Origin: Eledone cirrhosa
Lineage: Eukaryota
Assembly (NCBI GenBank): GCA_964016885.1
Contig: OZ024741.1
Location: forward strand, 170,686,001-170,750,000
DNA length: 64,000 nt
Reading direction: 5' to 3'
Part shown: in pieces, positions 14,196-29,131 of the stretch
Position numbering within the stretch: the stretch's first letter is position 1
Layout of the letters: every line of letters begins with the position of its first letter
The notes under the pieces: generated by a model
Databases searched by the model: none
Seen by the model: only the letters and a program-made list of their open reading frames with translations
What the model was told of the DNA's origin: nothing
Position numbers and translations under genes: made by a program

Positions 14196-15750
14196 GTGAG
14201 GGTAATGGCGGAGGAGGTAAGGACGATGGCGATGGTGTTGGTGAGGGTAATGGCGGAGGAGGTAAGGATGATGACGATGGTGTTGGTGAGGGTAATGGCG
14301 GAGGAGGTAAGGATGGTGGCGATGGTGTTGGTGAGGGTAATGGCGGAGGAGGTAAGGATGGTGGCGATGGTGTTGGTGAGGGTAATACGGAGGTGGTAAG
14401 GATGGTGGCGATGGTGTTGGTGAGGGTAATGGCGGAGGAGGTAAGGATGATGGCGATGGTGTTGGTGAGGGTAATGGCGGAGGAGGTAAGGATGGTGGTG
14501 ATGGTGTTGGTGAGGGTAATGGCGGAGGAGGTAAGGATGATGGCGGTGGTGTTGGTGAGGGTAATGGCGGAGGAGGCAAGGATGACGACGATGGTGTTGG
14601 TGTGGGTAATGGCGGAGGTGGTAAGGATGATGGCGGTGGTGTTGGTGAGGGTAATGGCGGAGGAGGTAAGGATGATGGCGATGGTGTTGGTGAGGGTAAT
14701 GGCGGAGGAGGTAAGGATGAGGGCGATGGTGTTGGTGAGGGTAATGGCGGGGGAGGTAAGGACGATGGCGATGGTGTTGGTGAGGGTAATGGAGGAGGAG
14801 GTAAGGACGATGGCGATGGTGTTGGTGAGGGTAATGGCGGAGGAGGTAAGGATGATGGCGATGGTGTTGGTGAGGGTAATGGCGGATGTGGTAAGGATGA
14901 TGGCGATGGTGTTGGTGAGGGTAATGGCGGAGGAGGTAAGGACGATGGCGATGGCGTTGGTGAGGGTAATGGCGGAGGAGGTAAGGACGATGGCGATGGT
15001 GTTGGTGAGGGTAATGGCGGAGTAGGTAAGGACGATGGCGATGGTGTTGGTGAGGGTAATGGCGGAGGTGGTAAGGATGAGGGCGATGGTGTTGGTGAGG
15101 GTAATGGCGGGGGAGGTAAGGATGATGGCGATGGTGTTGGTGAGGGTAATGGAGGAGGAGGTAAGGACGATGGCGATGGTGTTGGTGAGGGTAATGGGGG
15201 AGGAGGTAAGGATGATGGCGATGGTGTTGGTGAGGGTAATGGCGGATGTGGTAAGGATGATGGCGATGGTGTTGGTGAGGGTAATGGCGGAGGAGGTAAG
15301 GACGATGGCGATGGTGTTGGTGAGGGTAATGGCGGAGGAGGTAAGGACGATGGCGTTGGTGTTGGTGAGGGTAATGGCGGAGTAGGTAAGGATGATGGCG
15401 ATGGTGTTGGTGAGGGTAATGGCGGAGGTGGTAAGGACGATGGCGATGGTGTTGGTGAGGGTAATGGCGGAGGAGGTAAGGACGATGGCGATGGCGTTGG
15501 TGAGGGTAATGGCGGAGGAGGTAAGGACGATGGCGTTGGTGTTGGTGAGGGTAATGGCGGAGTAGGTAAGGATGATGGCGATGGTGTTGGTGAGGGTAAT
15601 GGCGGAGGTGGTAAGGACGATGGCGATGGTGTTGGTGAGGGTAATGGCGGAGATGGTAAGGATGAGGGCGATGGTGTTGGTGAGGGTAATGGCGGGGGAG
15701 GTAAGGATGATGGCGGTGGTGTTGGTGAGGGTAATGGCGGAGGAGGTAAG
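14193..15750. repeat. 45-bp G-rich minisatellite (ggtgagggtaatggcggaggaggtaaggatgatggcgatggtgtt), ~34 copies
   Basis: Direct; one 2-nt deletion near 14387. Confidence 0.95.
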
Positions 15751-15914
15751 GTTGATGATATCATAGCAGAAGTAATAATTGTTGATATGAATGTGGTAGT
15801 AGTGGCGGTGGGAGGTGGGGGGGGGGGTTATAGTATAGCTGAGTATGTTGATGTTGTTGATGATGGTTATGATGGTTATGGTGATGTTCATGGTGTTGTT
15901 GTTGTTGTTGCTGA

Positions 15915-17960
15915 TGGTGGTGGTGTAGGTGGTGGTGATGTGGTGGTGTTGTTGATTGTGATGGTGGCCGTGCTGGTGGTGGTGGTGGTGATGTGGTGAT
16001 GTTGGGGATGTAGGTGGTGGTGGTGGTGGTGTTGTTGATCGTGATGGTGGCCGTGCTGGTGGTGGTGGTGGTGATGTGGTGATGTTGGGGATGCAGGTGG
16101 TGGTGGTGGTGTTGTTGATTGTAATGGTGGCGGTGCTGGTGGTGGTGGTGATGTGGTGATGTTGGGGATGCAGGTGGTGGTGGTGGTGTTGTTGATTGTG
16201 ATGGTGGCGGTGCTGGTGGTGGTGGTGATGTGGTGATGTTGGGGATGCAGGTGGTGGTGGTGTTGTTGATTGTGATGGTGGCGGTGCTGGTGGTGGTGGT
16301 GATGTGGTGATGTTGGGGATGCAGGTGGTGGCGGTGGTGGTGTTATTGATTGCGATGGTGGCGGTGCTGGTGGTGGTGGTGATGTGGTGATGTTGGCGAT
16401 GCAGGTGGTGGTGGTGGTGGTGTTGTTGATTGTGATGGTGGCGGTGCTGGTGGTGGTGGTGATGTGGTGATGTTGGGGATGCAGGTGGTGGTGGTGGTGG
16501 TGTTGTTGATTGTGATGGTAGCGGTGCTGGTGGTGGTGGTGATGTGGTGATGTTGGGGGTGCAGGTGGTGGTGGTGGTGGTGGTGGTGTTGATTGTGATG
16601 GTGGCGGTGCTGGTGGTGGTGATGTGGTGATGTTGGGGATGCAGGTGGTGGCGGTGGTGGTGGTGGTGTTGTTGATTGTGATGGTGGCGGTGCTGGTGGT
16701 GTGGTGATGTGGTGATGTTGGGGATGCAGGTGGTGGTGGTGGTGGTGGTGTTGTTGATTGTGATGGTGGCGGTGCTGTGGTGGTGGTGATGTGGTGATGT
16801 TGGGGATGCAGGTGGTGGTGGTGGTGGTGGTGTTGTTGATTGTGATGGTGGCGGTGCTGGTGGTGTGGTGATGTGGTGATGTTGGGGATGCAGGTGGTGA
16901 TGGTGGTGGTGTTGTTGATTGTGATGGTGGCGGTGCTGGTGGTGGTGGTGATGTGGTGATGTTGGGGTTGCAGGTGGTGGTGGTGGTGGTGGTGTTGTTG
17001 ATTGTGATGGTGGCGGTGCTGGTGGTGGTGGTGATGTGGTGATGTTGGGGATGCAGGTGGTGATGGTGGTGGTGTTGTTGATTGTGATGGTGGCGGTGCT
17101 GGTGGTGGTGGTGATGTGGTGATGTTGGGGATGCAGGTGGTGGTGGTGGTGGTGGTGTTGTTGATTGTGATGGTGGCGGTGCTGGTGGTGGTGGTGATGT
17201 GGTGATGTTGGGGATGCAGGTGGTGGTGGTGTTGTTGATTGTTATGGTGGCGGTGCTGGTGGTGGTGATGTGGTGAAGTTGGGGATGCAGGTGGTGGTGG
17301 TGGTGGTGTTGTTGATTGTGATGGTGGCGGTGCTGGTGGTGTGGTGATGTGGTGATGTTGGGGTTGGAGGTGGTGATGGTGGTGGTGTTGTTGACTGTGA
17401 TGGTGGCGGTGCTGGTGGTGTGGTGATGTGGTGATGTTGGGGTTGGAGGTGGTGGTGGTGGTGGTGTTGTTGATTGTGATGGTGGCGGTGCTGGTGGTGC
17501 GGTGATGTGGTGATGTTGGGGTTGGTGGTGGTGGTGGTGTTGTTGATTGTGATGGTGGCGGTGCTGGTGGTGGTGGTGATGTGGTGATGTTGGGGATGCA
17601 GGTGGTGGTGGTGGTGTTATTGATTGTGATGGTGGCGGTGCTGGTGGTGGTGATGTGGTGATGCTGGGGATGCAGGTGGTGGTGGTGGTGGTGGTGTTGT
17701 TGATTGTGATGGTGGCGGTGCTGGTGGTGTGGTGATGTGGTGATGTTGGGGATGCAGGTGGTGGCGGTGGTGGTGTTATTGATTGTGATGGTAGCGGTGC
17801 TGGTGGTGTGGTGATGTGGTGATGTTGGCGATGCAGGTGGTGGCGGTGGTGGTGTTGTTGATTGTGATGGTGGCGGTGCTGGTAGTGGTGATGTGGTGAT
17901 GTTGAGGATGCAGGTGGTGGTGGTGGTGGTGATGTGGTGATGTTGAGGATGCAGGTGGTG
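15915..17960. repeat. ~65-80 bp G-rich minisatellite with internal variable (GGT)n
   Basis: Unit gatgtggtgatgttggggatgcag(gtg)ntgttgttgattgtgatggtggcggtgct(ggt)n; most units shift the reading frame. Confidence 0.93.
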
Positions 17961-18872
17961 TTGGTGACGTTGGTGGTGGTGATGGTGGTGGTGGTGGTTT
18001 TGGTGGTGGTGGTGATGGTGGTGGTGCTGGTGGTGGTGGTGGTTGTGGTGGTGGTAATGATGGTGGTTGTGATGGCGGTGATGTTGGTAGTGATGGTGGT
18101 AGTGGTGGGGGTGGTACTGCCTATTACTATTGTTGCACTGTAACAAGGTATAAGGATATAGGCGAATAATGGTGTTGGTGAGAGTGGGAAGAAGGGCACA
18201 GGAAATTGTTGTTGAGAAAGTAGGAGTAAGAGTAGAGACGAAGAAAGAGGAAGTGAGAATATAGAGGAGGGGGAAAAGGGGAGGAGGAAGCAGAAAGAAG
18301 GATGGAGAATGTAGGAGAAAGATAGAGAAGGAAGGAAAGAGTTCGATATCGCTTTAAATATCGACTGTTGGATTTTACAGCTGTCTGTGTGTCTTTGATT
18401 TGCATGTATAGTTAATATGTGTGTTTCCGTATGTTTGTGTAAGCCTGCTGTGTGTTCATACGTGTGGGTTTATGTATGTTCTTTGAATGTGTGTGTGTGT
18501 GTGTTTGTGTTTTAGGATTTTGTGTGAATGTATTTATGTGTATTTGTGTGTATATGATTTCGTTTATACGGTTATACGTTTGTGCTGTGCATGCATCTGT
18601 GCTTGTGTCGTAAGGTTGTGTGTACGTGCGCATTTCCCTGAAACTGTATTTTTCATGTTTTGTGTGAGTATGCACATATGTGCAATTCTGTGTACAATTG
18701 TGAATGAACGCTTGAAAATGTGAGTGATTTTCCCTGAGATTATTGGAATAATTTCTTATATATATATATATGTTTAAATCTATTTACATTTGCACATGCG
18801 TGTATATATATATATATATATATATAAATGAAAGGTATAGAAAACATTGTCGTAAGAAGCCAACAGTATTCC

Positions 18873-18910
<38 letters not shown>

Positions 18911-18914
<4 letters not shown>

Positions 18915-19095
18915 ATAGGTTATTCCGGGTTGAATCGGAGGTAACCACAGTATCTACGGTCGGTACTCAATACATAGCAGAGTATTAATATAGAAGAGCT
19001 TCTACAGGACTAGAACTGTTTTATTCGTGAGAAATCACCAGGACATGAATGAAAAAGTTCTAGTCCTGTAGAAGCTCTTCCTTCTATATTAAAAT
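18911..19095 (-). mobile_element. Foldback element family H2 with decayed hammerhead
   Basis: Same family as 22214-22397, 22467-22523 and 28852-29048; ACTC/GAGT hairpin at 18965-18983. Confidence 0.8.
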
Positions 19096-19105
19096 ATATA
19101 TAATA

Positions 19106-19141
<36 letters not shown>

Positions 19142-19165
19142 TATTATATATATTTTAATATATAT

Positions 19166-19816
19166 AGACTTTCCTGGCGACGGAATGCTTCTCTATATCT
19201 TCTACGGAAAATATATTTACTCCATTCCAGAAACTAATTAGTTGGAAGTGATATTTTAGTAAGGAAGTTAATTTTATAATTTTCTTATTTTACGTCTCTC
19301 ATATTATTGTTCTGCAACCCCATGCATTGAACCACAATGTTATTAAGACAAAACCTATATATTTGCTAGCATCGATATGTATATGTATGTATATATATGT
19401 TACTAGATATGAATTCTTTATAATTATCTCCAAATTATTTGTCGAGCAATATTAGCCATGACTGCTGCTATGGTAGTAGGCAGGCCGCTGTCTTAATAGC
19501 GAACCACTTTCCACTGATTGACCTCGATGTCACGTGTTTGATTCTTTTTGAATTTGCCACAGACGCAGAGGCAGAGATTTTCTCAATGGCTAGGAATTCA
19601 GTCCACGCTTCGCTATTTCCTATCCACTGAATTATGTTTTAATAAGTTTCCAGAATCCTCGCTTTGCCTGGAAATTTATACGAGAATAGACTTTCCTGAC
19701 GACGGAATGCTTCTCCATATCTTCTACGGAAAATATATTTACTCCATTCCAGAAACTAATTAGTTGGAAGTGATATTTTAGTAAGTAAGTTAATTTTATG
19801 ATTTTCTTATTTTACA

Positions 19817-19824
<8 letters not shown>
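19166..19824 (+). mobile_element. Retrozyme-like partial tandem, 522-bp unit (family H3)
   Basis: 19168-19300 repeated at 19690-19822; a hammerhead in each repeat; homolog at 60060-60655. Confidence 0.85.
19690..19771 (+). ncRNA. Type I hammerhead ribozyme (H3); upstream copy 19168-19249 has CTGGCGA
   Basis: actttc CTGACGA c-ggaatg...cattcc-a GAA ACTAATTAGT T ggaagt; large loop 2, GUU site. Confidence 0.8.
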
Positions 19825-19847
<23 letters not shown>

Positions 19848-19969
19848 AACGTAAAAAAATGAAACGAAATTTCATTTCTCACTCTTAGTACGGCACATAT
19901 GTGCATGTATGTATATATATATACATACTACTGTACGTCTGTATACATATATGTATGTACGTATACATA

Positions 19970-20039
<70 letters not shown>

Positions 20040-20087
20040 CTACTGTACGTCTGTATACATATATGTATGTACGTATACATACTTATA

Positions 20088-21387
<1,300 letters not shown>

Positions 21388-21660
21388 ATGTAACCTCATC
21401 ATCATCCTTATCATTAACAAATATCATAATAATCACGTCAGTAATCTTAATTATCATCACCATCATCAACACATGCTGTGTATGAGAAGGCTCGCCTCTG
21501 GTTGCGTGGCGTGTGAGTCTGTGTGTGTGTCTGTGTGTATGTATGTGTGTCGGTTTGTGTGAGTAGATAATTTCATTTGGCAAACTATTTGCTGTATATA
21601 CATGGATGAATGATGATATACACGTTATCGATTAAAACTATTTATATTTGCGCATGCTTG

Positions 21661-21720
<60 letters not shown>

Positions 21721-21751
21721 TACATATATAGAAAGAGAGAGAGAGGGAGAA

Positions 21752-21783
<32 letters not shown>

Positions 21784-21872
21784 GGTGAGAGAGAGAGAGA
21801 GTAGAGTAGAATCCAGACCACGGAACGAAGCGGTTTCAGCTTATATGTCTCATTGATCTGAGCATCGCAACA

Positions 21873-21975
<103 letters not shown>

Positions 21976-22010
21976 ACACACATCTCTCTCTCTATCTCTC
22001 TATCTCTTTA

Positions 22011-22068
<58 letters not shown>

Positions 22069-22213
22069 CATATAAGTATACATAGAAGTATATATATATA
22101 TATATGTATATATATATGTATGTATATATATATGTATATATATATATATCTATCATATTTATCTCTCTCTCTATATATAAGCAAGTATCTATATATATAT
22201 ATATATATATATA

Positions 22214-22435
22214 CTAAAGATACGTTATTCCGGGTTGAATGAGAAGTAACCACAGTAAGTAAGGTACTCAATACATAGCAGAGTATAAATGTTTCAATAT
22301 AGAAGAACTTCTACAGGACTAGAACTGTTTAATTCGTGAGAAATCATCAGGTTACGAATGAAAACGTTCTAGTCCTTTAGATGCTCTTCTATATTAAAAA
22401 AAAATATATATATATATAAATATATATATATATGC

Positions 22436-22470
<35 letters not shown>

Positions 22471-22523
22471 TATAGAAGATCTTCTACAGGACTAGAACTG
22501 TTTCGTTCGTGTCCTGATGATTT
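22214..22523 (-). mobile_element. Two family H2 foldback fragments
   Basis: Matches 18911-19095 and 28852-29048. Confidence 0.75.
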
Positions 22524-22536
22524 ATATATATATATA

Positions 22537-22637
<101 letters not shown>

Positions 22638-22638
22638 G

Positions 22639-22676
<38 letters not shown>

Positions 22677-22680
22677 GATA

Positions 22681-22732
<52 letters not shown>

Positions 22733-22754
22733 TATATATATATATATATATATA

Positions 22755-23159
<405 letters not shown>

Positions 23160-23533
23160 TGATATATATATGTACATATATATATATATTTATATATATA
23201 TATGTATTAGAGTCTCTATAATATATGCCATACAATCGTTGCAGGCACCTACTTACACCTGAATCGGTATGCGCATGTCTGTGTTATGCCAGTGTGTATG
23301 TGATCGTGCGTGAGACTTATGTGTGTATATAACATGTATGCCCCAGTAATGATGCTCGTCTCGATATGACCTAGTAAGGAGATAGATAACAATTTCAAGA
23401 ATAACTTAATGTTATTGATTTCTTTAATTGGTGATTTGTTATTTTTAACTTAATGAATTTAGAGTATTGTGTACTACTACTGTAATATAATCATATATCT
23501 CTTTCTCCTTTTTTCTCTCATTTTCTCTCACTG

Positions 23534-23568
<35 letters not shown>

Positions 23569-23615
23569 ATATATATATATACGTATATATATGTATGTAT
23601 ATATATATATATATA

Positions 23616-23655
<40 letters not shown>

Positions 23656-23695
23656 TATAAATATGTATAAATATATATATATGTATGTATATATG

Positions 23696-23777
<82 letters not shown>

Positions 23778-23957
23778 TATATATAGATATATGAATATAT
23801 ATACATATATATATGTTTATATATATATATGAATATATATATATGTATGTATATATGTATATATACATTTTATTTAGAGAGAAAAGAGAGAGAGGGGAGG
23901 TAAACATAGGAAATCGAAATAGGCTCATTCATCAAGACACGCACATTCATGCGTGGT

Positions 23958-24108
23958 CATACACACACACACACACACACACATACATACATATATACAT
24001 ACATACATACCTACATACAGACCTATATACATATACATACATACATATATACATACATACATATATACATACATACATACCTACATACAGAACTATATAC
24101 ATATATAC

Positions 24109-24139
<31 letters not shown>

Positions 24140-24157
24140 CATACATACATACATACA

Positions 24158-24188
<31 letters not shown>

Positions 24189-24742
24189 CTACATACAGAC
24201 CTATATACATATATACATACATACATATATACATACATACCTACATACAGACCTATATATATATACATACATACACATATACGTACATACATACATACAC
24301 ACATAGCTACTTACATAACTACATACATACACACATAAATACATACATACATACTTACATACATACATACATACATACATACGTACATACATACATAGAT
24401 ACATACATACACACATACACACATACACACATACATACATACGTACATACATACATACATAGTTACATACATACATACCAACAAACACACATACATACAT
24501 ACATACATACATACATACATACCCACATACATACACACATACATACACCCATACATACATATATACCTACATACATACGTACATACATACCTACATACAT
24601 ACGTACATACATACACACGTACATTAATACATACATACATACATACAAACATACATACACACATACACACATACATACACACATACATACACACATACGT
24701 ACATACACACATACATACATACATACATACATCCCTACACAC
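23958..24742. repeat. Degenerate (TACA)n array
   Basis: Direct; source of the YIHT/MYVC ORF artefacts. Confidence 0.95.
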
Positions 24743-25356
24743 ATGGTGGCTGCCAACTCGTTTTCGAGTACGGCCACTACTTTATATCCATGTAAGAGAA
24801 CCCCGACCGATCCGCTGAACGAGTGTGACTTTTTAGTCCAGCCAGCGACTTGAAAACTCTGGTACAAACACTACACTTGTGACAATTATTGACACATAGT
24901 GCTGGACCCATGGTACCATGTGACGACAAGTGCAGAGAGATCTCCAGATATAAAGCAATGCCTGTGCTGTGAAGCTTTTATAGTGAGCAAAGGCACTGCA
25001 CAAAGCCAGTCCCACTCTCTTAACCAAGATGATATTTACCAAAAAGGAGAACAAGTCAACATCATTGGATACCATCAGAGTTGCAGGTGTTATATCCGAG
25101 TTTTCCTTCTCCTAGAATTCTGCCTTGACAAAGGCTAAGTGGTCATCTCTCCCGGTGATTTTGTATGGCCATTGACTCTTAAGAGCTCCTTTGCCCTTTG
25201 ACATGTTTTGTTTTTAGTCCTGCAGGATGTCCAAAGTCACCCTCCTCACCAAGAAACCTTGGTGGGGTTGCCAGTTTAGTCGCCAACGACCCGACCATGA
25301 GACAGGTTGTACTGGGATACATGTTACCAGTAGCACCAACTGGTGACCTGACCTTC
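24743..25356 (-). mobile_element. Probable non-LTR retrotransposon 5' UTR fragment between (TACA)n arrays
   Basis: GC-richer island; ctaggagaaggaaaactc motif recalled from invertebrate LINE 5' UTRs; possible HDV-like fold at its 5' end. Confidence 0.4.
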
Positions 25357-25481
25357 ATACATACATAAGTACATACATACATACCTACATACATAGGTAC
25401 ATACATACGTACATACATACATACATACATACATACATACATACATACATACATACATACATACATACATACATACATACA

Positions 25482-26297
25482 TTGAGGCGTAAAACACAGA
25501 CCATAGAGGGGATAAACCACTCAAAAAGCCTGACAAGTTTTTGACATCACACCTTGAGGGATATCTCTATGCAATACAGGAACAATAACTCCCTACCAAA
25601 TATCTGCTGCACAAAAGAGGAGGGCCAGCAGCTGACAATAAATGTAGGCTATGTAAAACAAAGATCGAGGATGTAAGCCACATTGTTGCCAGCTGCGAAA
25701 GAATGTCATCTCGCTACTACCTCCCCATGAGACACGATGGGATAGCTAGAACCATCTGGAAAGCACTTCGGAAAACAAAATTAACAACACACTAGGAATA
25801 ATAAATTGAGACGGATGGCACTAAGGAATACTGGTGGAACCTGAAAATAAAAACTGCCACCAAATTAAAGCACAACCGGCCTGATATTGTTGTTTGGGAC
25901 CACACATTGAAAACGTGTTCTATTGTGGAGGTCAGCTGCCCACTTGATGGAAACGTTGTCAGAAAAATACAGGAGAAGGAGGACATCTACGGACCATTGA
26001 TGAGGAGTTTACAAATCCACTATCCAAGATACACCTTTAGCTTCATACCCATCATTATTGGTGCTACGGGTTATATACCAACACGCTTGGACCAAAGTAT
26101 GACCGAACTTGGATTTGCGGACAAAAAGCGCAGCTCCCTAATTCATAGTCTACAAATGGCTGCGATAGCTGGCACCTTCAAAATATGCAAAACATTCTTG
26201 CGATTCAAGGGATGACAATTTCTTTTCTTTTACAACCTTGCCACCAGGAAGGTGGCCGGTCAAAAAAATATACTCGAAATTAGGAGAAAGAGAAAAC
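25482..26297 (+). mobile_element. R4/Dong-type non-LTR retrotransposon 3' end (CCHC knuckle plus restriction-like endonuclease), pseudogenised
   Basis: EGYLYAIQEQ...CRLCKTKIEDVSHIVASC...RHD...HNRPDIVVWD...IVEVSCPLD...KEDIYGPL...PIIIGATG; flanked by (TACA)n. Confidence 0.88.
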
Positions 26298-27138
26298 ATA
26301 CATACATACCTACCTACATACATACATACATACACACATACCTACCTACATACACACATACGTACATACATACAGACATACATACGTACATACATACACA
26401 CATACACACATACATACATACCTACATACATACGTACATACATACACACATACATACATACATACATACATACATAATACATACATACATACGTACATAC
26501 ATACATACATACGTACATACATATATATATATGGTTTTTGATCGATCGGTTTCGATGATCATTATTGCAGTGGTTCACGCAACTGAGTTATTTATTCATT
26601 GAATTAATGAGTATTCCACAGATACGTGTACTCTTAATATATTAATACTTAAGTAGACTCGATGAGACATAATATGTGGCACAACAGACTCATTAAATTA
26701 AAGACATAATCCCCCTGATGTATTTCTACTCACAATCTATTTGGCTAATTTTAATCTAAAAATTCGTTCGTCAGGTCTCTGTGGTAAGTGTCCAAACTGA
26801 GATCGATCTAGAGCATTTGTGAATCGAATAAATGAACTTCTAAGCTTTCCTGGATATTCTTAGTCGTATATAAACACACACGCACTTGTACAAATACACA
26901 CAGACCCACCATCCCACCACCGATACAATCACAAACACACAAACACACACGCGCAAACATTTATAGACACACATATATTTATCTTCTCTCTATATTTCAT
27001 CTTTTATTTCTCATTCTATTTTATGATAAATGACTAGTGTCTGAAAAGTAAGCACTCTTTGCCTACCATATTAAGCATTAAACTAATATATTTTTTCATA
27101 CAACTGTGTTTTTTTTTCTGGCTTGTTCCCGTTTGTAT

Positions 27139-27199
<61 letters not shown>

Positions 27200-27202
<3 letters not shown>

Positions 27203-28497
27203 TCTTGATCCCCTTGACCGACCCGTCTGTCGGGCGTCCATTCGGCGTCGCCGGTCACAGCACGCCGTCCATTCCTCTCTGGATCGTGCTTTCCTCATCC
27301 ATGTAGTCCCAATCGTATTCTTAAAATCGTAAGTCCACCCTCGTGGAGGCCTTCCGAGTGGTGGTTTCCGCACGCGCGGGTACCACTCGGCAACTGCGCG
27401 GGTCCACCGATTATCGGTGAACCGGGAGACGTGACCAGCCCATCTGAACTTGCTGCGCATATATTCCGTGAGGACGTCCCTCACGCCGGACTTCTGTCTG
27501 ATGACTTCGCTCCTGATGTGCTCTCTCAACGAGATTCCTAGCATTGATATCTCCATGGCTCTTTGAGCAGTTACCAGCCCCTGCTCTTCTGTATTCGTTG
27601 TAGCCCAAGTTTCACTGCCATATAACATTGTAGGTAAAACTGTTCTATTGAAGAGGTTGGCACGGGTGGTCGTGTGCAACCTCCCCTTGAGCACATCCTT
27701 TATGCCGTTGAACGCCTTCCATCCGGCCCGTATTCTCCGCCAGATCTCCCTCTCAATGTCTCGGCGCATGTTCACTTCTTGTCCCAGGTAGACGTATTCC
27801 TCCACCTTCTCTATGTCATCACCGCCAACCACCATTCGACCTGTTGGTACGTTGTCGGACCGCATGAACTTCGTTTTCATGCGGTTCATCTTGAGGCCTA
27901 CTGCAGAGCTTTTGATGTCGAGCTCCGTCAGAATGGTCTGAAGCTGATCCGTGGTTTCAGCGATGAGTACGATGTCATCAGCGAAATGGAGGTGGGTAAG
28001 TATTTCGCCGTTGATGTTGACACCGCCTTGCCTCTGATGATCTGCTTGAAACACGCGGTGAAAAGTTTAGGAGAGATCATATCTCCTTGCTTCACTCCCT
28101 TCTCGACCGGCACTCGTACGGGTGATGACAGCAGAGCTATGTCGGTGGTAATCCGGAACTCGCCTCCCTGAGCAGTTGAACGTATTGCGCCTCGATTCCT
28201 TACATTTGCAGCGAATTCAACACTGCGTTGATTTCAACGCTGTCGAAGGCCTTCTAGAAGTCTACGAACGCGACGCAAAGAGGCATCTTGTACTCTTTTG
28301 CTCGCCCAAGCAGTTGTGTCAGAGTAAATATGTGGTCCATCGTGTTGTAGTTTTTCCGGAAGCCGGCTTGCTCTCTCGGTTGGTGTTCGTCCAGATGACG
28401 TGATAACCTGTTCAGGATTATCTTCGTGAACAGCTTGTACACGTGAGACAGCAGGCATATGGGTCGGTAGTTCTTCAGATCTTCTCTATCGCCCTTC
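27200..28497 (-). mobile_element. RTE-clade LINE reverse transcriptase and 3' end (frameshifted)
   Basis: NYRPICLLS, QAGFR, VAFVDF, GVKQGDMISP, HLHFADD, YVYLG, RWAGHV, WYPR motifs; ends in (TA)n. Confidence 0.95.
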
Positions 28498-28797
28498 AAG
28501 AGTGAGGTGGAAAAGGTTTGCGAAGACTTCTACACCAAGCTCTTCAAGTCTTCCTGGAATGTGCACCCGTTGCCGTAACTCCAACAGGAAGAAAATGTGC
28601 CACCCATCCTTGTCGGTGAGGTCGAAAGAGCCGTCGGCTTGATGAAAAGAGGAAAGGCGCCAGGGAAAGACGGCATAACATCGGAGGTGTTGAAGTCAGG
28701 CGGAGAGCAGCTCTGGAAAGTCCTCGCCGAGCGATTCACACACTATCTGGACGAGGGAAGAATACCCTCGCAGTGGAAAGAGTCGAATACCATCCTG

Positions 28798-28800
<3 letters not shown>
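28497..28800 (+). mobile_element. Inverted 5' segment of the same RTE element
   Basis: EVERAVGLMKRGKAPGKDGITSEVLK...WKESNTILL, the region immediately N-terminal to KGDREDLKNYRP. Confidence 0.92.
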
Positions 28801-28851
<51 letters not shown>

Positions 28852-28853
<2 letters not shown>

Positions 28854-29044
28854 CTTTATCCCACGTTCAATCTGGGGTAACGACAGTAAGTAAGGTACTC
28901 AATACAGAGCAGAGGATAAATATTTAATATAGAAGTGACTTCTACCGGACTAGAACTGTACTGTTTCGTTCAGGAGAAATCATCAGGAAGCTTCCTGATG
29001 ATTTCTCTCGAATGAAACAGTTCTAGTCCTGTAGAAGTCATTTC

Positions 29045-29048
<4 letters not shown>
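28852..29048. mobile_element. Family H2 foldback with back-to-back hammerheads
   Basis: Palindrome centred on ggaagcttcc (28986-28995). Confidence 0.85.
28990..29038 (+). ncRNA. Type I hammerhead ribozyme (H2)
   Basis: gcttc CTGATGA tttctctcgaat GAA ACAG ttctagtc CTGT A gaagt. Confidence 0.85.

Positions 29049-29131
<83 letters not shown>

Noticed and set aside
13798-15891. Extensin-like or Thr/Ile-rich minus-strand ORFs
   Set aside because: Antisense readings of the 45-bp satellite; the variant pattern does not favour these frames
15888-18199. 752-aa and 618-aa His/Thr/Pro-rich minus-strand ORFs
   Set aside because: The peptide pattern cycles through all three frames from unit to unit; the lack of stops follows from the C/A-rich composition
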